From an uncultured Chloroflexia bacterium (GTDB lineage: Bacteria; Chloroflexota; Limnocylindria; QHBO01), in NCBI GenBank assembly GCA_963814375.1, contig CAWFCQ010000003.1, positions 160,001-224,000 of the forward strand: a DNA stretch of 64,000 bases, given 5' to 3'. The first letter of the stretch is position 1, and each line of letters starts with the position of its first letter. Position numbers and translations under genes: made by a program. The notes under the pieces are model-generated. The model saw only the letters and a list, made by a program, of their open reading frames with translations. It ran no database searches and was not told the DNA's origin. Below are positions 1-9,545 of the stretch, in pieces.

Positions 1-1
1 C

Positions 2-1216
2 GTAGAGCCACGGCCACGCCCGTCCCGAGAAGACGAGCAGCGCCCCGAGCGCGAGCGCCGGGAAGAGGTAGCGCTCGTGGACCCGGGTCGGCAGCACGAA
101 GAACGCGATCGCCAGCAGCAGCGAGGCGAGCACCACGCCACGCATGTCGTCGCGTCGGGCCACCAGCCATAGCGCGATCAGCGCTGCGCCGGCGAAGAGG
201 ATCGTCCCGATCGTCTGCCAGGTGAGCGCCATCCCGCCGATGGCGAACGCGACCACGGTGTCATCGCCCCAGTGCAGCGTGTCGCCGAGGCCGCTCCACG
301 GGTTGCGCCACATGTTGAAGGCGTTGATCGAGAGGCCGGTGTAGGTGGACGCCGCCTCGGCCAGCTTGCCGATCAGGCTCCGTGAGGGATCGGCCTGGGG
401 CAGGATCCCCAGCAGGCCGTTGGGGTCGCCTCCGGCCAACGGTACGTACAGGGTCATCCCGAAGGGCAGCATCACGAGAGTCAGGGCGACGACGCCCGCG
501 GCCAGTGAAGTGACCACCCGTAGCAGGTCCCGCCGCCCATCGTGCTCTGGATCCGATGAGCGCCCGGCCAGGTGCCGCTTCAGTCCGACCAGGACGACGA
601 TCGGGATGAGGAAGGCGAACTGGAACTTCACGAGCATGGCGACCACCGCGCCGACCGCGGCCGCCTCGGTCCACCCTCGCCCGAGCGCATAGATCGTCAC
701 CAGCAGGAGAAGGGTGCCGACCGAATCGATCTGGCCCCACACCGCCGAATCGAAGATCACGCCGGGGTTGAACAGGTACAACGTGGCGGCGGCCAGCCCG
801 AGCGTCTCGGGGCGGATGTCGAACCTGGTGCGCGAGACGAGCTCGGATCCCCATCGGCGCCCGATGATGAAGAGCATCCACGCGACGCCGATGTCGGCGG
901 CGATGCCGGGGATCTTGACAAGACCCGCGGTGGCGTCCTGGCCCACGACCGGCGCGAGCGCCGCACCGATCCCGCCCAGCAGCCACAGCACGTACAGGTA
1001 GCCGGGCGGATAGTCGCTGAAGTAGTCGTTGGCGTAGAAGTCGCCTGGCCCGACGCTTGCCAGGCGCTGTCCCCAGGCCGCAAAGTCGCCGATGTCGATC
1101 GCGAAGCCGCTCATCGGCATCAACACGCCCGCAATGAAGGCGCGCAGGACGAGGCCGAGGACGAGGATTGCCGTGAGGATCGTGCCGGCGTCGAGCCGCC
1201 GAAGAGTGTCTGTCAT
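2..1216 (-). CDS. GT-C fold membrane glycosyltransferase (Gpi18/PIG-M/Alg6-like mannosyltransferase), runs off the window edge
   Basis: Not in the ORF track. Hand translation from ATG at 1216 gives MTDTLRRLDAGTILTAILVLGLVLRAF..., with motifs DYPPGYLYVLW, WGQIDS and FFVLPTRVHERYLFP, and many TM segments. Confidence 0.8.
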   Translation of the reverse strand, partial: MTDTLRRLDAGTILTAILVLGLVLRAFIAGVLMPMSGFAIDIGDFAAWGQRLASVGPGDFYANDYFSDYPPGYLYVLWLLGGIGAALAPVVGQDATAGLVKIPGIAADIGVAWMLFIIGRRWGSELVSRTRFDIRPETLGLAAATLYLFNPGVIFDSAVWGQIDSVGTLLLLVTIYALGRGWTEAAAVGAVVAMLVKFQFAFLIPIVVLVGLKRHLAGRSSDPEHDGRRDLLRVVTSLAAGVVALTLVMLPFGMTLYVPLAGGDPNGLLGILPQADPSRSLIGKLAEAASTYTGLSINAFNMWRNPWSGLGDTLHWGDDTVVAFAIGGMALTWQTIGTILFAGAALIALWLVARRDDMRGVVLASLLLAIAFFVLPTRVHERYLFPALALGALLVFSGRAWPWLY

Positions 1217-1306
1217 CCCCACGCCCCGCCGGCCGACGGGGTCGCGGGTCATCAGCGGCGGCGCCCCCGTGGAGCGCGCCGTGTCGTATCGCACGCCAAG
1301 GTGGCG

Positions 1307-2905
1307 GTGAGTATACATCGGCCCTCGGACGGCCCCGGCGCGCGCCGGGTTTCGTCCGTGGTGCCCTACACCGACAACGCGGTCGCCTTCGCCGCCGCGG
1401 TGGTGACCGTGGTCGCACTCGGCATCTACCTGCGCACGATGATGCCGTCGACCGGCTTCTGGGACACGGGCGAGGCCCAGACGGTGCCCGCGACTCTCTC
1501 GATCTTCCATCCGACCGGCTTCCCGCTGTACGCCATGGCCGGCTGGCTCTGGAGCCAGCTGCCGTTCGGGGAGGTCGCATGGCGCATGAACCTGCTGTCG
1601 GTGGTGTGCGTCGCCGCCGCCTCGGGCCTCGTCGCGCTCATCACCGGCCACCTCGTCACCGAGCGCGATCGTTGGCTGCGTGGCGCCGCCGCCGCCATCG
1701 CGGGCCTCTCGTTCGCCTTCGCGGCCGAGCCGTGGGAGAACGCCACCCGGGCCGACGTGCACGCCGTCAACGTGATGTTCGTCGCCCTCATCGTCTGGCT
1801 CCTCTTTGCATGGCGGGCGGCGGTGCGCGCCGGCTCAGCGCGAGCGGACCGCTGGCTCGTCGGAGCGGCGCTCGCATTCGGCCTCGGCGTCGCCGCCCAT
1901 CCCCTGGTCGGGCTGACGGCATTCGGGATCGCGGCATGGGTGCTCACGACCGATCGGCACATATGGCGGCGCTGGCGCCTCGTGGCGGCATGTGCCGGCG
2001 CCGTTGCGCTTGGGCTGGCGACCTACGGCTACATCTGGATCCGGGCCGTCATCGATCCGGCGCCCCCGCTGTTCTACGGGCATCCCGACACCTGGGAGCG
2101 GTTTCGCTACGTCGTCTTCGCCGAGCAGTTCCGCGAGCTGTTCGACGACTTCAGCTCGCCGTTTGCTCAGCTGGCGCCCAAGTGGAACGTCGCCGAGCGA
2201 GTCCTCGCGGCGCAGCTCGTCGGGCCTGGCTGGCTCGTCGCGGCGACGGGCGCGGCGGTGCTGGCCGCTCGACGCATCGAGGCATTCGCCTTCCTGGGCT
2301 TGATCGTGGTCGCGAGTGTGTTCTATGCCATGAACTTCCGCGACGGGGACATCGATCGCTACTACCTGCCCACCGTGGTCGTGGTCGCGCCCCTCATCGG
2401 CGTGGCCGTTGCGGCCGCCGCTGCTGCTGCGAGTCATGCCGTCGCCCGGCTGGCGGAACCCTCCATCAGGCTCGTCGCAACCGTGGCGACGGTGGCGGTG
2501 ATCGCGCTCGGCGCCCTCCTGCCGGGCGCATCGCTCGTCACCGGCTACGCGGCGCTCGACCGGAGCTGGAACCGAGAGGCCGATCGCTGGGTGGCATCGG
2601 TCCATGCAGAGCTGCCGCCCAACTCGGTCGTGATCAGCTGGTGGAGCTACAGCACGCCCCTCTGGTACCACCGCTGGGTGCTCGGCGAGCGGCCGGACGT
2701 CACGATCATCGACGAGCGCAACATCCTCGACGACGGGTACCGTACGATGCCCAACGCGATCCGCACCTTCTTCGGCGAGCGGCCCGTGTTCGTGGTCCCG
2801 CCGAGCTGGGAGTACGAGAGCATCACCAACCAGTGGCTGACCCGAACGGTCAGCACATATTCCGGCTACACCGATCTGCTGTTCATCGAAGGGCTTCGAC
2901 CGTGA
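1307..2905 (+). CDS. DUF2723 (TMEM260-like) polytopic membrane glycosyltransferase
   Basis: C-terminal part of ORF 572..2905. N-terminal WDTGEAQT...IFHPTGFPLY and WRMNLLS motifs, and DIDRYYLP. Start codon approximate. Confidence 0.8.
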   Translation: MSIHRPSDGPGARRVSSVVPYTDNAVAFAAAVVTVVALGIYLRTMMPSTGFWDTGEAQTVPATLSIFHPTGFPLYAMAGWLWSQLPFGEVAWRMNLLSVVCVAAASGLVALITGHLVTERDRWLRGAAAAIAGLSFAFAAEPWENATRADVHAVNVMFVALIVWLLFAWRAAVRAGSARADRWLVGAALAFGLGVAAHPLVGLTAFGIAAWVLTTDRHIWRRWRLVAACAGAVALGLATYGYIWIRAVIDPAPPLFYGHPDTWERFRYVVFAEQFRELFDDFSSPFAQLAPKWNVAERVLAAQLVGPGWLVAATGAAVLAARRIEAFAFLGLIVVASVFYAMNFRDGDIDRYYLPTVVVVAPLIGVAVAAAAAAASHAVARLAEPSIRLVATVATVAVIALGALLPGASLVTGYAALDRSWNREADRWVASVHAELPPNSVVISWWSYSTPLWYHRWVLGERPDVTIIDERNILDDGYRTMPNAIRTFFGERPVFVVPPSWEYESITNQWLTRTVSTYSGYTDLLFIEGLRP

Positions 2906-3657
2906 CCGAATCCGATCGCCCGCGCCTCACGTTCTTCTTCCCCGCGTTCAACGAGGAGGAGAACGTTGAGGAGACGGTGCGCCGCGCCCTGGACGATGTG
3001 GGCTCGCTGGTGGATGGCTCGATCGAGGTCCTCGTTGTCGACGACGGATCGACCGATCGGACGCGCGAGCTCGGCGAGGCCATGGCGGCCGCGGATCCGC
3101 GCGTGCGGGTCTTCTCGCAGGAAAACCGCGGCTACGGGGGCGCGCTGAGGGCAGGGTTCGAGAACTCGACCGGCGAGCTGATCTCCTTCTCGGATGGCGA
3201 CCTCCAGTTCGACCTGCGCGAGATGTCCCGCCTGCTCGATCGGCTCGCCGACGATCGGCGCCCGGTCGATGTGGTCATCGGGTATCGGCGCAAGCGCCGC
3301 GATCCGCCGCACCGGATCTTCATCGCCAAGACCTACAACGCGATCGTCTCGGTGCTGTTCGGCCTGCGGGTGCGCGACATCGACTGCGCCATGAAGCTCT
3401 TCCGGCGCGAGGTCTTCGATGGCCTGCCGCTCACCACCGACTCACCGTTCCTCTCGGCGGAGCTGCTCATCAAGCTCAACGCGCGACGAGAGCGCATCGC
3501 CCAGGTAGGGGTCACCCACTATCCCCGCGCCGCGGGGACGAACACCGGCGCCTCGTTCCGCAAGATCGTGCGCACCTTCCGCGACATCGGGAAGCTGCGT
3601 CTCGCGCTATGGACCCGGCGCTCCGAGGTGCTCGGGACGCCACGCAAGCGAGGCTAG
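2902..3657 (+). CDS. GT2 glycosyltransferase, polyprenol-phosphate sugar synthase (Dpm1-like)
   Basis: GTG overlaps the upstream stop. Motifs FFPAFNEEEN, VVDDGSTD, NRGYGGAL, FSDGDLQFD and RDIDCAMKLFRR. Confidence 0.88.
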   Translation: MTESDRPRLTFFFPAFNEEENVEETVRRALDDVGSLVDGSIEVLVVDDGSTDRTRELGEAMAAADPRVRVFSQENRGYGGALRAGFENSTGELISFSDGDLQFDLREMSRLLDRLADDRRPVDVVIGYRRKRRDPPHRIFIAKTYNAIVSVLFGLRVRDIDCAMKLFRREVFDGLPLTTDSPFLSAELLIKLNARRERIAQVGVTHYPRAAGTNTGASFRKIVRTFRDIGKLRLALWTRRSEVLGTPRKRG

Positions 3658-4223
3658 GACTCCTCCGGATCCTGGCCGGAGGGGCCGGTCTCCCCGCTTC
3701 CGTATCCCGGCAGGTCGACGTCGAGCGAGTTGACGAACTCGCGGAAGACGGCGAGGCGTTCGTCGTCCTCGGCATCGCGTTCCTCGGTGCTGTCGGGCTC
3801 GACGCCGGCCTCGTCGAGCACGCGCTCATCGGCGTAGATCGGCGAGCCGGTGCGGACCGCGACGGCGATCGCATCGGAGGTGCGCGAGTCGATCTCGGTC
3901 TCGTCGCCGGTTGGGGTCTCGAGGTAGAGCCGCGCGTGGAAGGTGCCGTCGATGACGTGCGTGACGACCACTCGGCTGATGCTCGAGCCGAGCGCGGCGA
4001 GGGCGCTGACAAACAGATCGTGGGTCAGGGGGCGTTCGGCGCTGAGGCCCTGGAGCCGCATGGCGATGGCGTTGGCCTCGGACGGGCCGATCCAGATCGG
4101 CAGATAGCGATCCCGTTCGGACTCCTTGAGGATGACGACGTGCTGGCTGGAGAGCATGTGCACGCGCACGCTCTCGACCACCATCTCGATCAGCCGGACC
4201 CGGCCGAACGGCTGTTCCGCCAT
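3654..4223 (-). CDS. Bifunctional nuclease family protein (DUF151)
   Basis: RYLPIWIGPSEANAIA, RPLTHDL and IDSRTSDAIAVAVR motifs. Confidence 0.9.
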   Translation of the reverse strand: MAEQPFGRVRLIEMVVESVRVHMLSSQHVVILKESERDRYLPIWIGPSEANAIAMRLQGLSAERPLTHDLFVSALAALGSSISRVVVTHVIDGTFHARLYLETPTGDETEIDSRTSDAIAVAVRTGSPIYADERVLDEAGVEPDSTEERDAEDDERLAVFREFVNSLDVDLPGYGSGETGPSGQDPEES

Positions 4224-4242
4224 GGCCCGATTCTAGCGATCG

Positions 4243-6468
4243 CTACTCGAGCACGACGCGCAGCACACCGTCCGCGGTGAGCAGGTACGCGACGGGCGGA
4301 CCGTCGGCGACCGAGGTCACGGCGAGGCCGCGCACGTCGTCCAGCGTTTGCGCCCCGGCCCCGGCGGCCGGCGCCAGCCACTGCCGCACGAAGGCGCCGT
4401 CGGCGCGCTGGAAGCCGATGAGCCGGCCGTTCGCGGCGTCGTAGACGTACAGGAACTCGCGATCGCCGACCGTGGCGCCATCGAGGAGCCGGTAGTCGAG
4501 AGCGGGTCGCACGGCGGCATCGGGAGGGCGGTCGAGGGAGTAGTCGGCCTGGTCTGCCGGCGTGCCGAAGTCGACCCGGCTGACGGTGTCGCGGTGCAGC
4601 AGCCAGGCGTTCACGTCGACGCGCAGGTCGCGCGCGAGGCTCGGATCGAGGTCGGGCGCCTCGTTGAGGAATGGCTCCGGTGGCTCCGGATAGGTGACCG
4701 GGATGACGGCCGGTGGCGACCAGCGCAGGACTTGCCCCGTAGCCGCATCGACAACATAGAGGTTGAAGATCTCGAGCGGCGGCCGGTGCTGAAGCGCGCC
4801 GATCAGCGTCGTCTCGGGGCTCAGCCCCTCGACCCCGTTCAGCTCCATCCGCCGTGGAACCCTCTCGGTGAGGTCGATGCGCCAGGCGACTCGCTGGCGG
4901 TCGATGACGACGACGTCCGTGGCGGCGGTCGCGATGAGCCACGGTTCGCCGGGGGTCGCGCCCGACTCGAGCTCCTGCCCGGCCCGGTAGATGATCGACA
5001 CCGATCCGTCCGCCGGGTCGACGCGCAGCACCCGTCCGCGCCCCGACTCGGTGATCCACAGCGAGCCGTCGCTGGCGGCCACCATCTCGGCCGGCTCGAT
5101 GTCGTCGTACGCCGCCGCGAGGTCCGCGACGACGATCGGCGCATCGAGCCGCGCGACGCGGTAGAGGGCGTCGAGGCGGCGGTCCACTCGCCCGCGCAGG
5201 CCGGCAAGCTGATCATCGGCGACGCCCACCCCGGCGGCGCGCTCGATCGCTGCGTGGGCCTCCGCCAGCAGCTCCGCGGCGTGCTCCGGGTCGCGGTCTA
5301 CGAGATCGGCGCCGTCGACGCGCTCCTCCACCCGCCCGACGAGGTCGACCGCCTCGGCGATCGCCTCACGGGCGGTCGTGGCCCGCGGGATCGCCTCGGT
5401 CGGCTGGACCGACGGCAGGGCCGCCACCGTCGCGCCAACGGCAACCAATCCGGCCACCACCACCATGCCCGCCAGCCCGAGGCGGCGCCGGCGCCCCTGC
5501 TCTCGTTCCGCCGTGCGCGGGATGCTGCGTGGATATTCGGGCCTTCGGCGTGGAACGAACGCCAGCAGCCAGGAGAGGAGGGTCAGCACGCCGCGCCCGA
5601 AGGCGGCCTTCGCCTCCTCCGCCGCATCGCCGGCATGGTGCAGTCCGCGGCCGATCGCATCGGCCAAAGGCACCGGGCTCTGGTCGGGCAGCCCGGCGAA
5701 CGGCTCCGCCGGATGGACGGGCTCGAGCTGGTGGACGGTGTCGGTCGGGGCGAGCTCGGCCACCTCGATGGCGAGCAGGCCGTCGGAGCCGGTGCCGCCC
5801 CGGATGGCGAACACCTGCTGGAGATGCTCGATCGCCTGGGATGGGCGCATCTCACCGAGGGACCGCTTCAGCTCGTCCACCCCCACCAGCTGGGCGAAGT
5901 GGCGGCTGACCAGGCCGATTCGGTCGCCACCCGCCAGCCCTCCCTCCCACGTGAACGGATCAACCTCGAGCGCCTCGCCCAGGGTCGCCGCGACGCGCCG
6001 CTGGCGCACGCGGGGGTCCTCCTCGACCACCGGGGGTGGTGGTGGGACCTCGTACATGCGGCCGTCGCGAACGACCACCGCGCTGGCCGGGCCGAGCTTG
6101 GCGACGTGGGCCTCCCGCCCGCGCACGACGACCGCGACGATGCTCACGCCGGATCGCTTCGGAATGCCGAGCCTGCGGCGCTGGTGATAGAGGCGCCGGT
6201 TGGCTCCCCGCAGCGCCTTGGCCAGGGCCACCAGGACGCCGGCCGAGAGGTCGTAGTAATAGTCGTGGCGCAGGGCGTCGAGCGCCTCGCGGGCGGCGGC
6301 GGCGAGCGCCGGGGACCCACCCGTCAGCTGCGCGACCAGGAAGAGGCTGCCCTTGGTGCGGGCCTGCGCCCCGACGGCCGGCTCATGAAACGCGATGACG
6401 TCGAAGGATCCCGGCGCCCGCTCGTCGGCGGACGGCACCCCGATCCTGGTCGCGAAGCGGTTGCTCAT
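4243..6468 (-). CDS. Membrane-anchored protein with a degenerate PP2C-like N-terminal domain and a C-terminal beta-propeller-like domain
   Basis: 741-aa ORF. N-terminus follows a PP2C-like pattern (KGSLFLVA...HDYYY...ANRRLY...AHVAKLG), with a TM segment after RRRRLG and beta-rich repeats (SDGSLWITE, LYVVDAATGQVLRW, LYVYDAANGRLI). Confidence 0.6.
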   Translation of the reverse strand: MSNRFATRIGVPSADERAPGSFDVIAFHEPAVGAQARTKGSLFLVAQLTGGSPALAAAAREALDALRHDYYYDLSAGVLVALAKALRGANRRLYHQRRRLGIPKRSGVSIVAVVVRGREAHVAKLGPASAVVVRDGRMYEVPPPPPVVEEDPRVRQRRVAATLGEALEVDPFTWEGGLAGGDRIGLVSRHFAQLVGVDELKRSLGEMRPSQAIEHLQQVFAIRGGTGSDGLLAIEVAELAPTDTVHQLEPVHPAEPFAGLPDQSPVPLADAIGRGLHHAGDAAEEAKAAFGRGVLTLLSWLLAFVPRRRPEYPRSIPRTAEREQGRRRRLGLAGMVVVAGLVAVGATVAALPSVQPTEAIPRATTAREAIAEAVDLVGRVEERVDGADLVDRDPEHAAELLAEAHAAIERAAGVGVADDQLAGLRGRVDRRLDALYRVARLDAPIVVADLAAAYDDIEPAEMVAASDGSLWITESGRGRVLRVDPADGSVSIIYRAGQELESGATPGEPWLIATAATDVVVIDRQRVAWRIDLTERVPRRMELNGVEGLSPETTLIGALQHRPPLEIFNLYVVDAATGQVLRWSPPAVIPVTYPEPPEPFLNEAPDLDPSLARDLRVDVNAWLLHRDTVSRVDFGTPADQADYSLDRPPDAAVRPALDYRLLDGATVGDREFLYVYDAANGRLIGFQRADGAFVRQWLAPAAGAGAQTLDDVRGLAVTSVADGPPVAYLLTADGVLRVVLE

Positions 6469-6492
6469 GGACGCCCGGATTATAGGAATGCC

Positions 6493-6831
6493 CTAGGCCG
6501 ATCCTCGACCAACCGATACGGCCATTCGTCGAAGCTCGATGGTCGCCCCCGGCCGGCCGCGCATCCGCTCGTTGACCGCCCACACGAGCGCCTCCCCGCG
6601 GAGCGTGAGCTCCTGGGCCAGGATCGGGTCGGAAGCCTCGACGTGCGCCGTGCCCCCCGTGACGCGGGTGATCCGGCTCGTGAGGGGCGCTCGCTCCAGG
6701 CGCCCCTCGGTCGTCACCTCGGACCATGCGAGCCGCACCTGGGCGAGCGCCAGCTGCTCCGCCGCGGCGGGGCCCATGCACGATGTCAGCGCGCGCTGCA
6801 CCGCGGCACCGGCCTCTTCGCGCCGGCTCAA
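6493..6831 (-). CDS. DUF721/DciA-family helicase-loading protein
   Basis: 112 aa, directly downstream of and overlapping recF. Pattern LAWSEV...GGTAHVEASDPILAQEL. Confidence 0.7.
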   Translation of the reverse strand: MSRREEAGAAVQRALTSCMGPAAAEQLALAQVRLAWSEVTTEGRLERAPLTSRITRVTGGTAHVEASDPILAQELTLRGEALVWAVNERMRGRPGATIELRRMAVSVGRGSA

Positions 6832-7997
6832 GACTCACGCTCCAGCCGGCCGTCGGCGATGCGCCAGATCGCCGCCAAGCGGTGGCGCGCGGTCTCGAGG
6901 GTGGCGGGGTCGGCGGTCGTCACGATCACCTGGCCGCGGCCGGTCAGCAGCTCCGACAGGCGTCCAGCGCGGGCGGGGTCGAGCTCGCTGAAGACGTCGT
7001 CGAGCAGAACGATCGGCCGCGGGCCGTCGCTGGCCAGGAGGTCGGTCTCGGCGAGCTTCATGGCGAGGATGATGGTGCGCTGCTGACCGCGGCTGGCGTG
7101 GGCGGCAACCTCGCGCCCTCCGAGCTCGGCGCGCAGGTCGTCTCGCTGCGGACCGACGAGGCTCATCCCGTTCCACGCCTCGCGCTGGCGCACCTCGGCG
7201 ATCCTGCGCCGATACGCCGCAGCCAGCTCGTCGTCGCTCGGCACCCGTCCTGCCGCCTCCGCGCGCTCCGGCCACGCCTCCTTGAGCCCGTCGAGGTAGG
7301 TGAGATGCACCGATGCAGCCTGCTCCTCCGGCCCGGCGACGGCGTCGTGCAGGGGAGCGATGCGCTCACCGAGGTCGCGCACGACCTCCAGGCGAGCCCG
7401 CATGACCCGGGCCCCGACGACCGCGAGCTGCTCGTCCCAGAAGGCGAGGGCGTCGAGCTCCGCCTCCTCGGCCCGAATCGCGCGCAGGAGCGCGTTGCGC
7501 TGGGCCAGGACGCGGGCGACCTCGACCAGGTCGCGCGTCGCGCGTCGGTCGCGCTGGGCAAGGATCCCGTCCAGGAATCGGCGCCGATCCGATGGCGACC
7601 CCACCAGGAGCAGCATCTCCTCCGGGCGGAAGAGGACGGTCCGGGCCGTCTCCGACACGGTCGCGCTCCGCCGCGGGACGCCGTTGATCGAGAGGCGCTT
7701 GCGCACGCCCGGAGAGGGGACGACGCCCGGCAGCACCAGCTCGATCGTCGCTCCCCCGTCGGACACGCCGCCGGCCAGCTCGAGCTCGACCCGGCTGAGC
7801 CCGGCGCCGTGGCGCACCAGCTCGACATCGGTGGTCGCTCGATGCGACCTGCCCGTGATCGCCACTCCAATGGCCTCGAGCAGGTTCGTCTTGCCGGCGC
7901 CGTTCGGCGCTGCGACGACGGTCAGCCCTGGCTCGGGCATGAGCTCGGCCGCGGCGTAGCTGCGGAAGTCGGTGAGGGCGAGCCGCGTCAGCTCCAT
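6828..7997 (-). CDS. recF: DNA replication/repair protein RecF
   Basis: MELTRLALTDFRSY, Walker A PNGAGKTNLLEA, ASRGQQR and LLDDVFSELD. Confidence 0.96.
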   Translation of the reverse strand: MELTRLALTDFRSYAAAELMPEPGLTVVAAPNGAGKTNLLEAIGVAITGRSHRATTDVELVRHGAGLSRVELELAGGVSDGGATIELVLPGVVPSPGVRKRLSINGVPRRSATVSETARTVLFRPEEMLLLVGSPSDRRRFLDGILAQRDRRATRDLVEVARVLAQRNALLRAIRAEEAELDALAFWDEQLAVVGARVMRARLEVVRDLGERIAPLHDAVAGPEEQAASVHLTYLDGLKEAWPERAEAAGRVPSDDELAAAYRRRIAEVRQREAWNGMSLVGPQRDDLRAELGGREVAAHASRGQQRTIILAMKLAETDLLASDGPRPIVLLDDVFSELDPARAGRLSELLTGRGQVIVTTADPATLETARHRLAAIWRIADGRLERES

Positions 7998-8050
7998 CGG
8001 GTGCCGGCTCGCGACGGGCCGCGGCGCCGCACGCGCGAGCGCCACCGGGC

Positions 8051-9181
8051 TCAGGAGGCGGTCCGCACCGGCATGATGACGTGGACGTAGTCGTCCTTGC
8101 CGATGCCGCGGATTACGCCCGGAGCGAGCGGCCCGGAGAGCTCGAGCGCGGCCTCATCGGCTCCCAGGGCGCTGAGCACATCGATCAGGTAGCGCGCGTT
8201 GAACGCGATCGCCGTCGGCGACCCCTCGATGGCCGCCTCGACCGTATCGGCGTTGTCACCGACGTCAGCCGCGTGGGCGGTGATCGCCACCCCTGTGGCT
8301 TCGCCGTTGTCGCCACCGAGCTCGATCTTCACGATGTTCGCGCTGTCGCGAGCGAAGATCGATGCGCGTCGCGTGCCCGCCAGGAACGATTCTCGATCGA
8401 TCACCGCGCGTGAGCTGTGGCTGGTCGGGATGACCGGCTCGTAGTTCGGGAACTGTCCCTCGATCAGCCGGCTGACGAGATCGGTGCCCTCGACGTGGAA
8501 GAGCACCTGGCTCTTGTTCGGCGTGACGGTGATCTCGATCGGCTGCTCCGCATCGGGGAGGATCCGGATGAGCTCGGCGTACGAGCGCCCGGGCACGACG
8601 ATCGTCACCTCCGGTGAGACGGGCTTGTCGAGCGTCAGGGTGCGCACCGCGATCCGGTAGTTGTCGGCGGCGGCCAGGGTCATGGAGTCGCCGCTGAGCT
8701 TCGTCAGGACGCCGGTCAGGATCGGACGGCTCTCGTCGCTGGCGGCGGCGAAGACGACCTCGCCCAGGGCCTCGCGCAGGACACGGGCGTCGACGCTGGT
8801 GGCCGGCGTCTCGCCGATGGCGGCGACCACAGGGAACTCGTCTGCCTCGATGCCCTTGATCGACGACCGGTTGTTGCCGCAGGTCAGCTTCAGCGTCCGA
8901 TCCTTGGGGGAGAGAACGAGGTCGATCTTCTGGTTGGGCAACGAGGTGACGAGGTCGGTGAGAAGCTTGGCCGGCACCGTGATCTCGCCCTCTTCGGAGA
9001 CCTTCCCCGGCACCCAGCAGTTGATCCCGATCTCGAGGTTGGTTGCGGTCAGCTTCAGGCCCGAGTTTTCGGTCTTGAGCAGCACGTTGGCCAGCACCGG
9101 AAGCGTGGCTCGGCTGCTCACCGCCCGGCTCACGGTCTGGAGCCCACGCGCCAGGTTCTCCTGCATCACCGAGACGTTCAT
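8051..9181 (-). CDS. dnaN: DNA polymerase III beta clamp
   Basis: LTATNLEIGI, ESRPILTGV, SRLIEGQFPNY and C-terminal VIMPVR; lies downstream of dnaA. Confidence 0.97.
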   Translation of the reverse strand: MNVSVMQENLARGLQTVSRAVSSRATLPVLANVLLKTENSGLKLTATNLEIGINCWVPGKVSEEGEITVPAKLLTDLVTSLPNQKIDLVLSPKDRTLKLTCGNNRSSIKGIEADEFPVVAAIGETPATSVDARVLREALGEVVFAAASDESRPILTGVLTKLSGDSMTLAAADNYRIAVRTLTLDKPVSPEVTIVVPGRSYAELIRILPDAEQPIEITVTPNKSQVLFHVEGTDLVSRLIEGQFPNYEPVIPTSHSSRAVIDRESFLAGTRRASIFARDSANIVKIELGGDNGEATGVAITAHAADVGDNADTVEAAIEGSPTAIAFNARYLIDVLSALGADEAALELSGPLAPGVIRGIGKDDYVHVIMPVRTAS

Positions 9182-9199
9182 GCCGACCTCAACTCCTCA

Positions 9200-9520
9200 C
9201 CCCGGAGGGATCGACTTGTCCACGTTGGGCCTCGATCCTCCATCGGTTCATCCTAAGAATATCCATTCGTCGTCGTCTCTCGTAGGCGTGTTGATCGTGT
9301 GGACGATGAGGCCGTGGCCGGTCGTGGTCGAGCGTGCCGCCCGGGTGCGGAAAAGCCCTCGCCGGTGGTGGAAGGAAGGCCTCGAACTACGCACGGGTGG
9401 CGGACAAGCGAGCCAGTTTGGTGGACGGAGCCTAGTCCGTCCCCTCCCAACGCGCGCCGATTGTCCACATTAGGCCCGAGATATCCACCAGATCGGGCCA
9501 CTTTTCCACCATTCAGCGCG
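9200..9520. promoter_or_regulatory. oriC: Putative oriC: DnaA-box cluster in the dnaA-dnaN intergenic region
   Basis: TTGTCCACG 9216-9224, TTGTCCACA 9461-9469, ATATCCACC 9481-9489, TTTTCCACC 9502-9510. Reverse boxes TCGTCCACA 9298-9306, TTTTCCGCA 9346-9354, TTGTCCGCC 9399-9407. Confidence 0.85.
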
Positions 9521-9545
9521 GTTTGCGGCGTCCGATCCGGCCGGC

